Part shown: positions 52,760 through 64,000 of the stretch, piece by piece
How the letters are laid out: the number at the start of each line of letters is the position of its first letter
How positions within the stretch are numbered: the stretch's first letter is position 1
DNA from: Saccostrea echinata
Lineage: Eukaryota
Direction: 5' to 3'
NCBI RefSeq assembly: GCF_033153115.1
Contig: NW_026889772.1
Location: forward strand, 930,001-994,000
DNA: 64,000 nucleotides
The notes under the pieces: generated by a model
What the model was told of the DNA's origin: nothing
Database searches by the model: none
The model's input: only the letters and a program-made list of their open reading frames with translations
Program-made: the position numbers and the translations under genes

Positions 52760-55700
52760 GTAATTAACGCAGAGAATATAAGCAATTGATACCATGTCAT
52801 TATTATCATTCAAAAAAAGAAATAAGTTCTTAAGAAGAACGACTACATTTTGAATACACATTAATAAAGAAGTCACAATGCACGGCATAAGGCGGGTTCT
52901 TAGATAACATTCTTTTATGTATTGTTTATCCTATATCAAGCAGTACAAGGAATTTATTATTATCAATGATATAATTCCAACATCATGGCACCTACATATC
53001 ACAGAAAAGCTGCAGAGACAATTCAACATAAACAGAATTTTTAAAGAATTTTTGATTTTTAAAAAATATATATAATGACCTTATTAGCAAATATAATCTG
53101 TCATTAAGTCGAATGCTGACTGATTTTTTCATACTAATTGTTAGGCCATTTTTTAAACACTGAGTTATATACGGATTTCTCCGTTTGCCCGATCATGATA
53201 ATGAGCAAATGGTGCGTGTGATCGGTTGACAGGGGATGCTTACTCCCCCATGGCACCTGATCCCACCTCTGATCTTTTTTAGAGGTCCTTGTTTGGCCTG
53301 TTCCTGAATTTTTTCTTTCAATGGACTTTGGAGCTTGATAACTGTACTTGATAACTCTCCATATTTCCTATGAGAATATAACAGGAGAACCTAGCGTACA
53401 ATAACCAAGGAGTAAAACAGTATCTAATGTTAACTCAAAGTGATAGATTCTACATGTTTCTGCATTTTTTCATTGTCTTCTGACCGGTTAATTTTTGGTC
53501 ATATTTTATTACATTCTTCAAAAACAAAGTATTTTCACCTTAAATAGACGTGGACTACAGTATTTCTAACTGAACCCGTATCTAATTTATTTTTACAGAA
53601 ACATCATCAACGATAGATTACTTTACAGTTACAAATGCAACAAGTCAAGAAAACACAACAGAGATAATTTTAGATTCTACAAAATCAGATTACGCAACAA
53701 AAACGCCTGATATAGAAACAGAACAAACGGCATTTAAAGATGAATTATCTAGTATAGACTCTGTTACCACAGATGGAATGACAAAGATGACTAATCAGTC
53801 TGATAGTTCCACAGTGACTGAATATACGTCAACTGAATTTACGCAACGTATAGCTACAAATGCCTTATCATCATCTGTCACAGAGAACTCGAACACAAAT
53901 ATCAGTCCCTCAGCTTATGAATATACAACAGAAACGCCTACTCAAACTGACGATGAGTCAACGAAACATTCTACAGACTATGCAACGATGGAAGAATCAA
54001 CTACTGTCGACCAAGCAACATCAGAGGTTTCAATCGTTACCAGTGAGGTAACAACGAAAACTTCAACAACTTATGGCCATGCAACAATAGAGGATTCACC
54101 AACTACTAATAACCACGCAGCAACAGAATATTTATCATCTAAAGACCACACAACAACAGAATATTTATCAACTACAGATCACGCAACAACAGAATATTTA
54201 TCATCTACAGACCACGCAACAACAGAAAACTCAGCTACTACTGATCATGTATCAATAAAATACCCCATCAATACTGAACAAGCAACGACAGAATATTCAC
54301 CCAATATTGATCATGCAACAAGAGAATATTCAACCGCTACTGATCATGCAACGACAGAATATTCAACCAATACTGATCATGCAACAAGTGAATATCCAAC
54401 CACTACTGATCATGTAACAACAGAATATTCAACCACTACTGATCATGTAACAACAGAATATTCATCCAATACTGATCATGCAACAAGAGAATATTCAACC
54501 GATACTGACCACGCAACAACAGAATATTCATCCAATACTAATCATCAGACAACAGAATATCCAACCACTACTGACCATGTAACAACAGAATATTCAACCA
54601 ATACTGATCATGCAACAAGTGAATATCCAACCACTACTGATCATGTAACAACAGAATATTCATCCAATACTAATCATCAAACAACAGAATATTTAACCAA
54701 TACTGATTATCCAACAACAGAATATTCATCCAATACTGATCATCCAACAACAGAAAACTACAATCAAACGGACAGCACTAGAGGAGATCATAAAACCACG
54801 GACTACACACCGACGGAAAATAACGAAACAACGGAACACAATACAGCTGAAAACACAACCAAGGAAGATAATCCCACTGACTTTACAATGACAGAAGAAT
54901 ATAACTTAACTGACTACACAACAACGGAAAACTATAAAATCACAAACTACAAACTGTCAGAAGATTATAACACCACAGATAACAAAACCACGGAAGAATA
55001 TAACACATTAGGTTACACAACGAGGGAGGATTTCAACGTTACAGATTACATAACTGCAAAATATAACAAAACAGACTACACAAGCACGGAAGATTATCAA
55101 ACAATGGACGATACAACGACTGAAGATAATAACATAAATCATCCAACAACGGAAAATTATATCGTAACGGACAATACAACTGACGATTACAACGTCACTG
55201 ACTACAGAACCACGGTAGAATATACCACAATTGACAACACAACAACAGATTATCACGATACCAACCACACAAAGGAAGGATATAACACAACGCACTTTAC
55301 AACAACGGAAGATTTCAATACAACGAACCTGACATCGACGGAAGAGTATAACACAACAGATTACACAAAAACGGAAGATTACAATACAACAGATTACATG
55401 TTAACGCAAGGAAATAATTCCACTCAATACACATTGGACGAATTATACAACATTACGGACGACACAACCAGGGAAGATTATGGAACAACAGACTATACAT
55501 CGAAAGAAGTTTACATCTCATCGGACTACACATCGACGGAAGATTATAACACAACAGTCTACACATCCACGGAAGATTTTAACACAACGGACAACACATC
55601 AACGCCAAAATATAACAGCACAGACTACACATCAATTGAAAATAGTAACACAAATGACTACACAACGACGGAAGTTTATAATACAACAGACTACACAGCA

Positions 55701-58700
55701 ACGGAAGATTATAACACAACGGACTACACATCGATGAAAGATTATAACACAACTGATCACACAATGACGGAGCATTATAACACATCGGACTATACAGCCA
55801 CGGAAGATTTTAACACAACTGACTTCATATCGACGGAAGTTTATAATACAACAGACTACACAGCGACGGAAAAATTTTACATAACAGAATACACAACAAC
55901 AGAAGATTACAACACAAGTGATTTCACATCGACGGAAGTTTATAACACAACGGAATACACAACAACGGATGTGTTAAATGCAACTGAATACACATCGACG
56001 GAAGTTTATAACATTACAGAATACACAACGACAGAAGATTACAACACAACTGATTTCACATCGACGGACGTTTATAACACAACGGAATACACAACAACGG
56101 ATGTGTTTAATGCAACTGACTACACATCGACGGAAGTTTATAACACAACGGACTTCACAACGACGGAAGAATTTAACACAACGCAATACACAATGACAGA
56201 AGATTACAACACAACTGACTACACAGCGACGGAAGATTTTAACACAACGGAATACACAACGCCAGAAGATTACAACACAACTGACTACACATCGACGGAC
56301 GTTTATAACACAACGGAATACACAACAACGAATGTGTTTAATGCAATTGACTACCCATCGACGGAAGTTTATAACACAACGGACTTCACAACGACGGAAG
56401 ATTTTAACACAACGGAATACACAACGACAGAAGATTACAATATAACTGACTACACATCGACGGAAGTTTATAACACAACGGACAACCCAACGACGGAAGA
56501 ATTTAACACAACGGAATACACAACGACAGAAGATTACAACACAACTGACTACACAGCGACGGAATTTTATAACACAACGGACTACACAGCGACGGGAATT
56601 TATAACACAACGGACTACACAGCGACGGAAGGATTTAACACAACAGAATACACAACGACAGAAGATTACAACACAACCGGCTTCACATCGACGGAAGTTT
56701 ATAACACAACGGACTACACAGCGACGGAAGAATTTAACACAACGGAATACACAACGACAGAAGATTTCAACACAACTGACTACACATCAACGGATGTTTA
56801 TAACACAACGGTATACACAACGAGAGAAGATTACAACACAAATGACTACACATCGACGGACGTTTATAACACAACGGACTACACAGCGACGGAAGAATTT
56901 AACACAACGGAATACACAGCGACAGAAGATTACAACACAGCTGACTACACATCGACGGACGTTTATAACGCAACGGAATACACAGCCACGGAGGAATATA
57001 ATGTCACGGACTTTACAACACATGACAACACAACAAACATTCAATATTCAACAACGGAAGACTCTGCCGGAAATTATACTACATCAGGCAAATTGTCTAC
57101 TACTCTTGATGCACAAGGTATATGTATCTTCGGTATCTTAATTGAGCATCTTACGTTTTGCCAAATAATACAGTTCATAAGATTAACAACCTTTTTACCT
57201 TGATAATTAAGCAAACAAACGTTTGCATTTTAAGTGAATATTTTTTTTACATAGAACAAAATGACAACACATGAAAATCCTTATCAATAATTTTTTTATT
57301 CGTATCAATCTTTTATGTATCGCATTTATCCATGGATCTTTTACTGAATATTTCCGGTAAAGGATGATCGCAAGTTTTTACTGCCTTCACAAAGATATTT
57401 CATTTTATAACCACAGCAATGGTTGGGATACCATCAGTCATTCTATCACCTGAGGTTGTTGCCGAGCGACAGCTATCTGTAGACGGTACGAGATTCGAGC
57501 CAGTGATGCTCTGTCTTTTCCCGAAGCCCATGTCCGGCCTTTTTTACAACTTTAAATGGTTTATCAACAATAATCTATTAGAAAAAGCCTTATTTGATGA
57601 CGTGGCAGAGGCAGACATCAACACCACTGTACTCCGCCCTTGGCACTGGGCATCACGATATAGCATGAACATGAATGTAAGTGATGAGAAAATTAAAACT
57701 TAAGATAGCATGGCTTCAATTCCCAGAAATTATTCATTTCTAGTAATCTTTAATTTCACAAATAATTCTTGGATTTATTTTTATTTTTAACGTGTTTCAG
57801 TTGTTTCTGATAATTTATTTACCCCTAAGTTAGGATGGATATTTATTTTTAAGGTAAGATGTTCAGTGAGTGCCCAGTACGTGAAATGCAGCACTGCTGG
57901 TGAATCATTCAAAAGTCCAGCCTTTTTTGCAGGCATAAAGGTAAGCTACATCATTTAGCAAAAAATACACTAACTCATTTTTTATCGACCTAACTTTCTA
58001 AACATTCGATTTTATATGGAAAAGACTGATTTACCTTAAACAAATTAAATGTTTGGCGTGCATTTTATCGATTTTAAGTTTGGAACAACATGGACCTCTG
58101 TTGAAGAAGGAGAAACCGTTTCGGTGTCGGTTACCAGTACGCTTCCGGTTGGCTGTTCTGCCTCTTTGACCGATTCTGATAAAGAGGCGAAATGTAAGGG
58201 AAATCTACACATCCGCTCCCTGGATTGGCGTTGGTGTTGGAATGGCATCAGCAATTTGAATGTAGCATTTCCTGATAATGGATGCATGTTGTCCTTTCCG
58301 TTCAAGTATTGGAGGGAACCAGTACTCCTTAACATCACTGGATACGTAGATGGAAGACGCAACCGGTGGCGGAGATACGGAAGAATAAGGCTCGAATCTT
58401 CCACAAACCCGACAGATGCCTCTAACGCTTGGAAGAATATCAATGTTCCGCAGACCTTATGGGTACAACCATGATCTCTGTATAAAGCATTTAGTTTATA
58501 TTTTGAAATTGCAAGCACTTGTTCAAAGCAGATAACAGTTTCAATTTTTTTTCTTGAATATGAATGAAGAGAAATTGCATTTGGTAAATGTATAAATTCA
58601 TTCCGCAGGTCTCTGTCTATGATAAATCTGACTGGGGAGGACACTACTGCTACTCCTTCAGTGATCCCTATCTCTACACCTTCGATCGTCGTTTTTATTC

Positions 58701-61700
58701 CAACCAGAGAATTGGCGAATTCGTCATGTATCAGCATAAAAAGTTGCCTTATTCTGTAAGAGTCAATTTAGAAGTTCCAGATAACTCTCAAAATGGACAT
58801 TCATTGATTTGATTAGCAATCATGGTTTTTCTCTATTGTATAGGTCCATGTTTTGTACTCTTCATGTTTTCCTTGGAGGAGAGCTTCCTGTGCATGCGGT
58901 GTTGCAATTAGAAGCGGAAGTAGCTTGTATGTTGTTCGCACATGCGTAGAAATATCATACCGACGCAAAAAACTCCTGAGTATTCCTTTTGAAATGTACA
59001 GCGGCTGCAATGAGGACGAATTGGTTGTCCGGAAGAGATATTCCTGGTACAGGGTAAGTTTACGTTATATTTCATTTTATTCAGATATATAATTTTCTGT
59101 TGCAAAACTTTGGCAAAAAAAAAAAAAAAACGCTATAATGAGATGAACCAACCAAGTCCATACTGACAGATATAAAAATGAGTACGTTTCATCTGCGAGC
59201 TAGCACGTTTACTAGGGGCATTTACCCGTGACGATACAAATCCCCGTGGCTTGTTCTGATTCTAAACAGGTTACAAAGAGGTTAATCGCATAATAAATGA
59301 AGTCAGCGAAAAGATTCAAAGTCACAACAATTCTAATTAGAAAACAAAGAGCATAAAGTGTTCAGCAGAAATATTTTCACTCAACCTTTATACATATGAT
59401 ATACACATTTTATTTCGAACTCGACTCAGAACAAACCTGTGCTCGGTGTTTACGAAAGCTTTGAAGTGTGCACCTGTCACTGATTTCTTTTGTTATTCAT
59501 GACCAAGGGACCACACCTTCAAAACACAGCTTCGTAAGTTGTCCATTAATTTTGTTTGTTTGTATGTTGTTTAACGTCCCTCTCGAGAAATTTTCACTCA
59601 TATGGAGACGCCACCACTTGCCGATGGAGAGCTGCAAATTTTGTCCTATACTCGGCACTTACGGCCATTGAGCAGTGAGGGGTCTTTTTCGTGCCAGCAC
59701 TTACTGCGACACGGGGCCTCGGTTTATACGGTCTCATCCGAAGGACAGGTCTCCACGTCCCACAGTGGGATTCGAACCCGCGACGTAAGGATCAACTCCT
59801 TACTTCGCGACTCTAGAGCAGACGCTCTAACCACTGCGCCACGCGGGTGACCGTAAGTTGTCCATATCTATTGTTTGACATTTTCAGATGTTGACTCAAA
59901 TAATAAAGACATCAGTTAATAATATAATTTAACTCTTAAGGATTTTAATAGAGGTTCAAAGTTTGACGAGTAAGCTTTAGACCACAGATAAAACTTATCG
60001 ATGCTGCAATGAATTTTTCGCCATATTTTCATTAAATATGTCCTGTTTTTGCTTTGATACGTCCTGTATTTCGGCATCTTCCCAAGTCAAGGGTTTCTGA
60101 TCCACTCTGCTCCACATAAATATTTGACCGAATAGACTGACTTTGATGGAGTTTACAATCGCGCCATCTAGTGAGATTACACATTTTGAACTCTATTGAC
60201 CTCTGCTATTGACCAATCAGAGTAAGCGATTTAAATAGAGAATGCGAGGCAATATTGAAAGTCGGTTAAAAAATTCAGCTTAACTTTAAATCCTTGACTT
60301 GGGAAGATGGTGTTTCGGGCAATAATATATTTATTGGCTTCAACACGTGAAGTAATTCTTCTTTTTGGGGATCAACAAACTTTCCTTTCCTTGGCGCGAT
60401 GAAAAGGTACATATTTTTATTACAATGTATTTGATTTTATTTGGGGGCGCTACAGTTTTCTACTTTATTCTAGAATCTTCTCCGTTGATGTTCATTATAT
60501 GACATGAGTATGATTAACTAAAGGATAATGAAATCATTGATGTGTATTCTTTTAACATATGTCGACATTAAGAACCACTACAGAGAGGCTAGGAAATCAA
60601 AGTACCATCGTAATTATACTTCTAGAATTTTTTAAAGATCTAAATGAACTTTTGTTACGAATTCGATGTGTTTGCTCCGGACCATGTATACATGTATTTT
60701 AGGATTATCTAGGTAACACTGGGAAGTGGAACTGAAATAGGCTTCTACGTCAGTAGATGGTCCAAATGGATCACGACTATTCAGATTGTGTCCTCCACCC
60801 TGGATGCCCAGAATGTAGAGGGGCTGTGTGGGAACTATAACGGCGACTGGTACGACGATTTTATTCCAAGAGGAGAATCCAGCTCAACTTGGAACAAGAA
60901 TAAATTCACTCTGTCCTGGAGGTACGAGCAAATGTCAGTCTAAATTCGAATCTCCTATGGGTTGTGGTTTGATATGATTTTTTATTACATTTTCAACAGT
61001 GAAATATTATAATCTATTATTAAGTAAAACTGATATTCTGTCACAGAGTGAATAAATATCAAAGTGATATACTTTCACGGTGTGACAGAATTTAAGAGGT
61101 GCGTCAAAACTCTCTGTTTTCCTTCCCTTCATGAAGAATGTAAAATAAAATACTCCTTGTAATAAGAGTGAATAACCCATGCTGACAGCGATGATATATG
61201 GAGATAACAAACAGTAATCAAGCTCAAAAGTCCATTGAAACAATAAAAATAGAGAGCAGAGCAAACACGGACCTCTAAAAAATACCAGAAGTGGGATCAG
61301 GTGCCATGGAGGAGTAAGCATCTCCTGTCGACCGGTCAAAACCGCCATGTGTTCCTTCTCATGATGGGGCAAACAGTTCAGTATGTAAATAATGGCCTAA
61401 AAATTAGTGTAAAAACGTCAGTTAGGATTCGACTTAATGCTAGATTGTACTTGCTGACAAGGTTATCGTATCCACCATAGAACATACGAAATGTCGACTT
61501 TAAACGAGACTGTTGATATCCTTGTTTCATCACCTTGTTTGTCAACAGCTTGCATCGTTTTAGAAATTGTTCGTACCTGGAGCATGATCTTGTGTATCAA
61601 ATCAACTGGAAGATATAAACCCCATAATTAGGTGAAAAGAGACTAAATCAGCCAAAGTTTTTTTTTATTCCAAATACACGTTGTAGAAATCCATTTTTAC

Positions 61701-63935
61701 AATTCTTTCAATCTCACAATCGTTAAACTATGGCTTCTCAAACCCTCTTCTATGACGTCACACCTATATATGACACTGTGCTACAAAAAGACAGAGGCAA
61801 AGGGAAAATCAAAGATATGTAATAAACAGAACATTCAATGTTTTGTACTTGAATATAGAATTTATTGCACTCGTGAGACGAGATTATTTAATATTTTCAT
61901 TCGTGCTTCGCACTTGTAAAATTATCAAATAACCTTGTTTCTCTTGTGAAATAAATTCCACATCCAGCTTCAAGACATTGAATATCCTCTATTATCCAAC
62001 GAGTTGTGTTTTTATCCCCAGGCCTTGGCGAGGAATAAAAACACACAGAGAAGCCACATGCTTCACATATAGCTATTTTATGTTTTACACTGTTTTATAT
62101 ATGTTAATCCACAACATTTGACTTTATCAAATTCACATAAAAAACATTGTGACGTCATCACCGTGGATATGAAAACGATACCCTGTGAGGTATATCTACT
62201 GTACAAAGAAGTAAACATGTGACAAATAAAGCTTATTTAATGCTTTAAGCCAAAATTATCCGCTTCCGCTAGTATGATGCTACTTCCGGACGCATTGATC
62301 TGATTTTGAAACAGCAAAGGTGGAATCACGATAAGGATCCGGATAACTAGCAAACCAGTGTTGGGAATTTGGTATTTCTTAGCTCCTCATGTCTCTTTAC
62401 GATGAAGCAATAAATGTATAATATGTATATACATTCTAATGCTATTTCAGAGTACCTTGGAGAGACAGTCTTTTTGCAAAGAACCCAAAGGCTCTTTCTG
62501 GAGATGGATCGTATGTGTCTTTTTTTTTATTTTAACAAATGAAAATTTTTGCATAAATATTAAACAGAAATACATTATATGTTATTTTACCGCAAACTAC
62601 TCTTTATTTTAGAGTAATTAAGACTGATCCTGTTTACCATACAAAATTTTGTACATGTGCATCGTACTGGAGCGTTCGAAGTTCTTATTACCGAAACTAT
62701 GCCAAATGTAACCTGGAGGCTCCTACAGAACCCTGCTCCAGTCGCGTCAGTCAAACTGTTAACGTCTGCTCACAAAACAGGCGAAAGCGAGACACGGTAG
62801 ACTCTGATGACGTCATGGATGACGAGGAATTTGGCTACGACCCAGAATATAACGACACAATAGAACTACCTGTGTGTCATTTTGTTTTTTATGTTTAGAC
62901 ATAGCAAGTTGGCCATAACCTTAAATGTTAATCACATCAATTCTATAAGTAAAATTTTTTATAGAAGTTTCCAAAATATCATCAATAAAACCACTTTCAG
63001 AATACATGTAATTTAGTAAAATTCTGTAAGAATCACCTTTTTTTATCTGTGCACTGCGTGAAACCGACTTTGTATAACAGGAGGCCACGTGGACAAACGG
63101 TTGGAACGAGACAGCAGCCACGGACTACTGTAACAAGACTTTTGCCCTGGACCCAGTGGTATCCTTCTGTATAGAACAAGTAAACACCAGCATCACCAAG
63201 TATGTCAATGGCTGTATAAGTGATATTGAGGTAAGCAATTAAAGAAAAGGAAAGTATATCAATGGCTGTATAAGTGATATTGAGGTAAGCAATTAAAGAA
63301 AAGGAAAGTATATTAATGACTGTATAAGTGATATTAAGGTAAGTAATTAAAGAAAAGGAAAGTATATCAATGGCTGTATAAGTGATTTTAAGGTAAGTAA
63401 TTAAAGAAAAGGAAAGTATATCAATGGCTGTATAAGTGATATTAAGGTAAGCAATTAAAAAAAAGGAATTTGTATATTGGAGGGTGGTATTTTAAGTTTC
63501 ATTTGTAGACATATGTATATTATTACAAAGTTTAAGCAGGTGTGTTAAAAGATGTGTATCCTAAAGTTTATCAGATAAATAAAAGGTCTGAGACCTTTTG
63601 TGTCTGTATCTGTGATATGTAATAAATTATTTTTATCACTAATTGAATTATCTTGTGTATTGTACAATACAGTGTAGGAACTTATTAAACATAATATAAC
63701 ATATTGATTATCATTATTAAACATGTCCAGAAAATAGGAAACACAGACTTTGTGGAGGCAACACTGGATACTCTGAAAAAGGAATGTGTAACGACTGCGT
63801 CACGTGACGAGAGTTTCCAAAAGTCTGATAACTCTAGCTCTAACAGTACAGATGGCGAGAGTGTTAGTATCCTGGATGTGTTATCAACCATGGTTTGCCC
63901 AAAGAACTGTTCACAGAAAGGGGCCTGTGTCAATG
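52696..63935 (+). CDS. Gene 2 (3'-partial): paralogous VWD + EGF (VWDE-like) protein; join(52696-52759,53599-57117,57417-57676,57854-57940,58079-58462,58609-58755,58844-59053,60713-60921,62451-62510,62613-62871,63081-63230,63731-63935,...)
   Basis: Signal peptide MFTIRWLVVVCLCLLSCCQFT; GT-AG junctions at the same positions and phases as gene 1; VWD motifs CYSFSDPYLYTFD and VEGLCGNYNGD...FTLSWR; EGF start CPKNCSQKGACVN. Runs off the window. Confidence 0.88.
53085..53345 (+). mobile_element. Penelope-like 3' fragment in gene 2 intron 1
   Basis: Same family as 38402-38650. Confidence 0.65.
53599..57117 (+). CDS. Gene 2 giant exon (3519 nt): Thr/Asp/Glu/Tyr/Asn-rich repeats
   Basis: Contains ORF 53778-57203; acceptor ttttacAG at 53597-98 and donor GT at 57118. 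Confidence 0.9.
54110..57020 (+). repeat. Coding repeats: 33-bp/11-aa (TDHATTEYSTN-type, about 54110-54760), then 30-bp/10-aa (TEDYNTTDYT-type, about 54890-57020)
   Basis: Visible in both the DNA and the ORF translation. Confidence 0.92.
57417..59053 (+). CDS. Gene 2 exons 57417-57676, 57854-57940, 58079-58462, 58609-58755 and 58844-59053
   Basis: Each aligns by eye to the matching gene 1 exon and is AG/GT bounded. Confidence 0.88.
59547..59851 (-). mobile_element. SINE copy, reverse strand
   Basis: Reverse complement of the 11086 family; perfect 14-bp TSD CGTAAGTTGTCCAT (59533-46 and 59852-65). Confidence 0.9.
60075..60309. mobile_element. MITE with 18-bp TIR and 9-bp TSD
   Basis: GTATTTCGG|CATCTTCCCAAGTCAAGG ... 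CCTTGACTTGGGAAGATG|GTGTTTCGG (one TSD mismatch). Confidence 0.78.
60713..60921 (+). CDS. Gene 2 exon, VWD C-terminus
   Basis: VEGLCGNYNGDWYDDFIP...FTLSWR; not in the ORF track. Confidence 0.9.
61200..61640 (-). mobile_element. Penelope-like 3' fragment
   Basis: Reverse complement of the same family, including a degenerate RT end. Confidence 0.65.
61992..62230 (+). mobile_element. Uninterrupted, partly deleted copy of the same palindromic repeat family
   Basis: ATCCAACGAGTTGTG...GCCTTGGCGAGG.ATAAAAACACACA, then TGTTTTACACTGTTTTATAT and CATTGTGACGTCA as at 9346-9420. Confidence 0.65.
62451..63935 (+). CDS. Gene 2 exons 62451-62510, 62613-62871 (RRKR), 63081-63230 and 63731-63935 (EGF start)
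   Basis: Homologous to gene 1 exons between 39926 and 41364. Confidence 0.86.
63198..63467 (+). repeat. 54-bp unit x 5 spanning an exon end and its splice donor
   Basis: Units start at 63198, 63252, 63306, 63360 and 63414. Confidence 0.95.
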
Positions 63936-64000
63936 GTAGGACTGCAAATGTCTGATGATTTACTTGCATTATGTATCAAAAAATGACCAACCTTTTATGG

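Noticed and set aside
55008-57141. Alternative-frame and antisense ORFs within the gene 2 repeat exon
   Set aside because: By-products of the 30-bp repeat periodicity.
58045-58737. 230-aa minus-strand ORF (also 31580-31885, 33710-33931, 39980-40213)
   Set aside because: Antisense shadows of the + strand VWDE-like exons.

Overview
AT-rich, intron-containing animal DNA. The repeat families suggest a bivalve, probably an oyster (inference). Two tandem paralogous genes on the + strand encode von Willebrand factor D (VWD) plus EGF domain (VWDE-like) proteins, and I assembled both by hand from GT-AG junctions. Gene 1 (CDS 12039-45033, 18 coding exons, about 3139 aa) is complete. Its order is signal peptide, a 6.7-kb exon missed by the ORF track carrying 30 near-identical 64-aa Tyr/Ser/Thr/Cys repeats, Ser/Thr stalk, VWD, RRKR, Cys-rich region, EGF, RRRR, transmembrane helix and short tail. 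Gene 2 (52696 to beyond the window) has the same exon and phase scaffold, but its giant exon is unrelated: acidic 11-aa and 10-aa repeats with roughly 60 N-glycosylation sequons. Its head domains are Arg-enriched. The first 9 kb is one 8.8-kb non-autonomous Mutator/Foldback-like element (446-9253) with a perfect 9-bp TSD, long TIRs and mirrored 33-bp arrays. Introns and intergenic DNA hold tRNA-derived V-type SINEs, hAT, TTAA and TA MITEs, Helentron-like pieces and Penelope-like fragments. There are two assembly gaps (8313-8463, 37619-37799).
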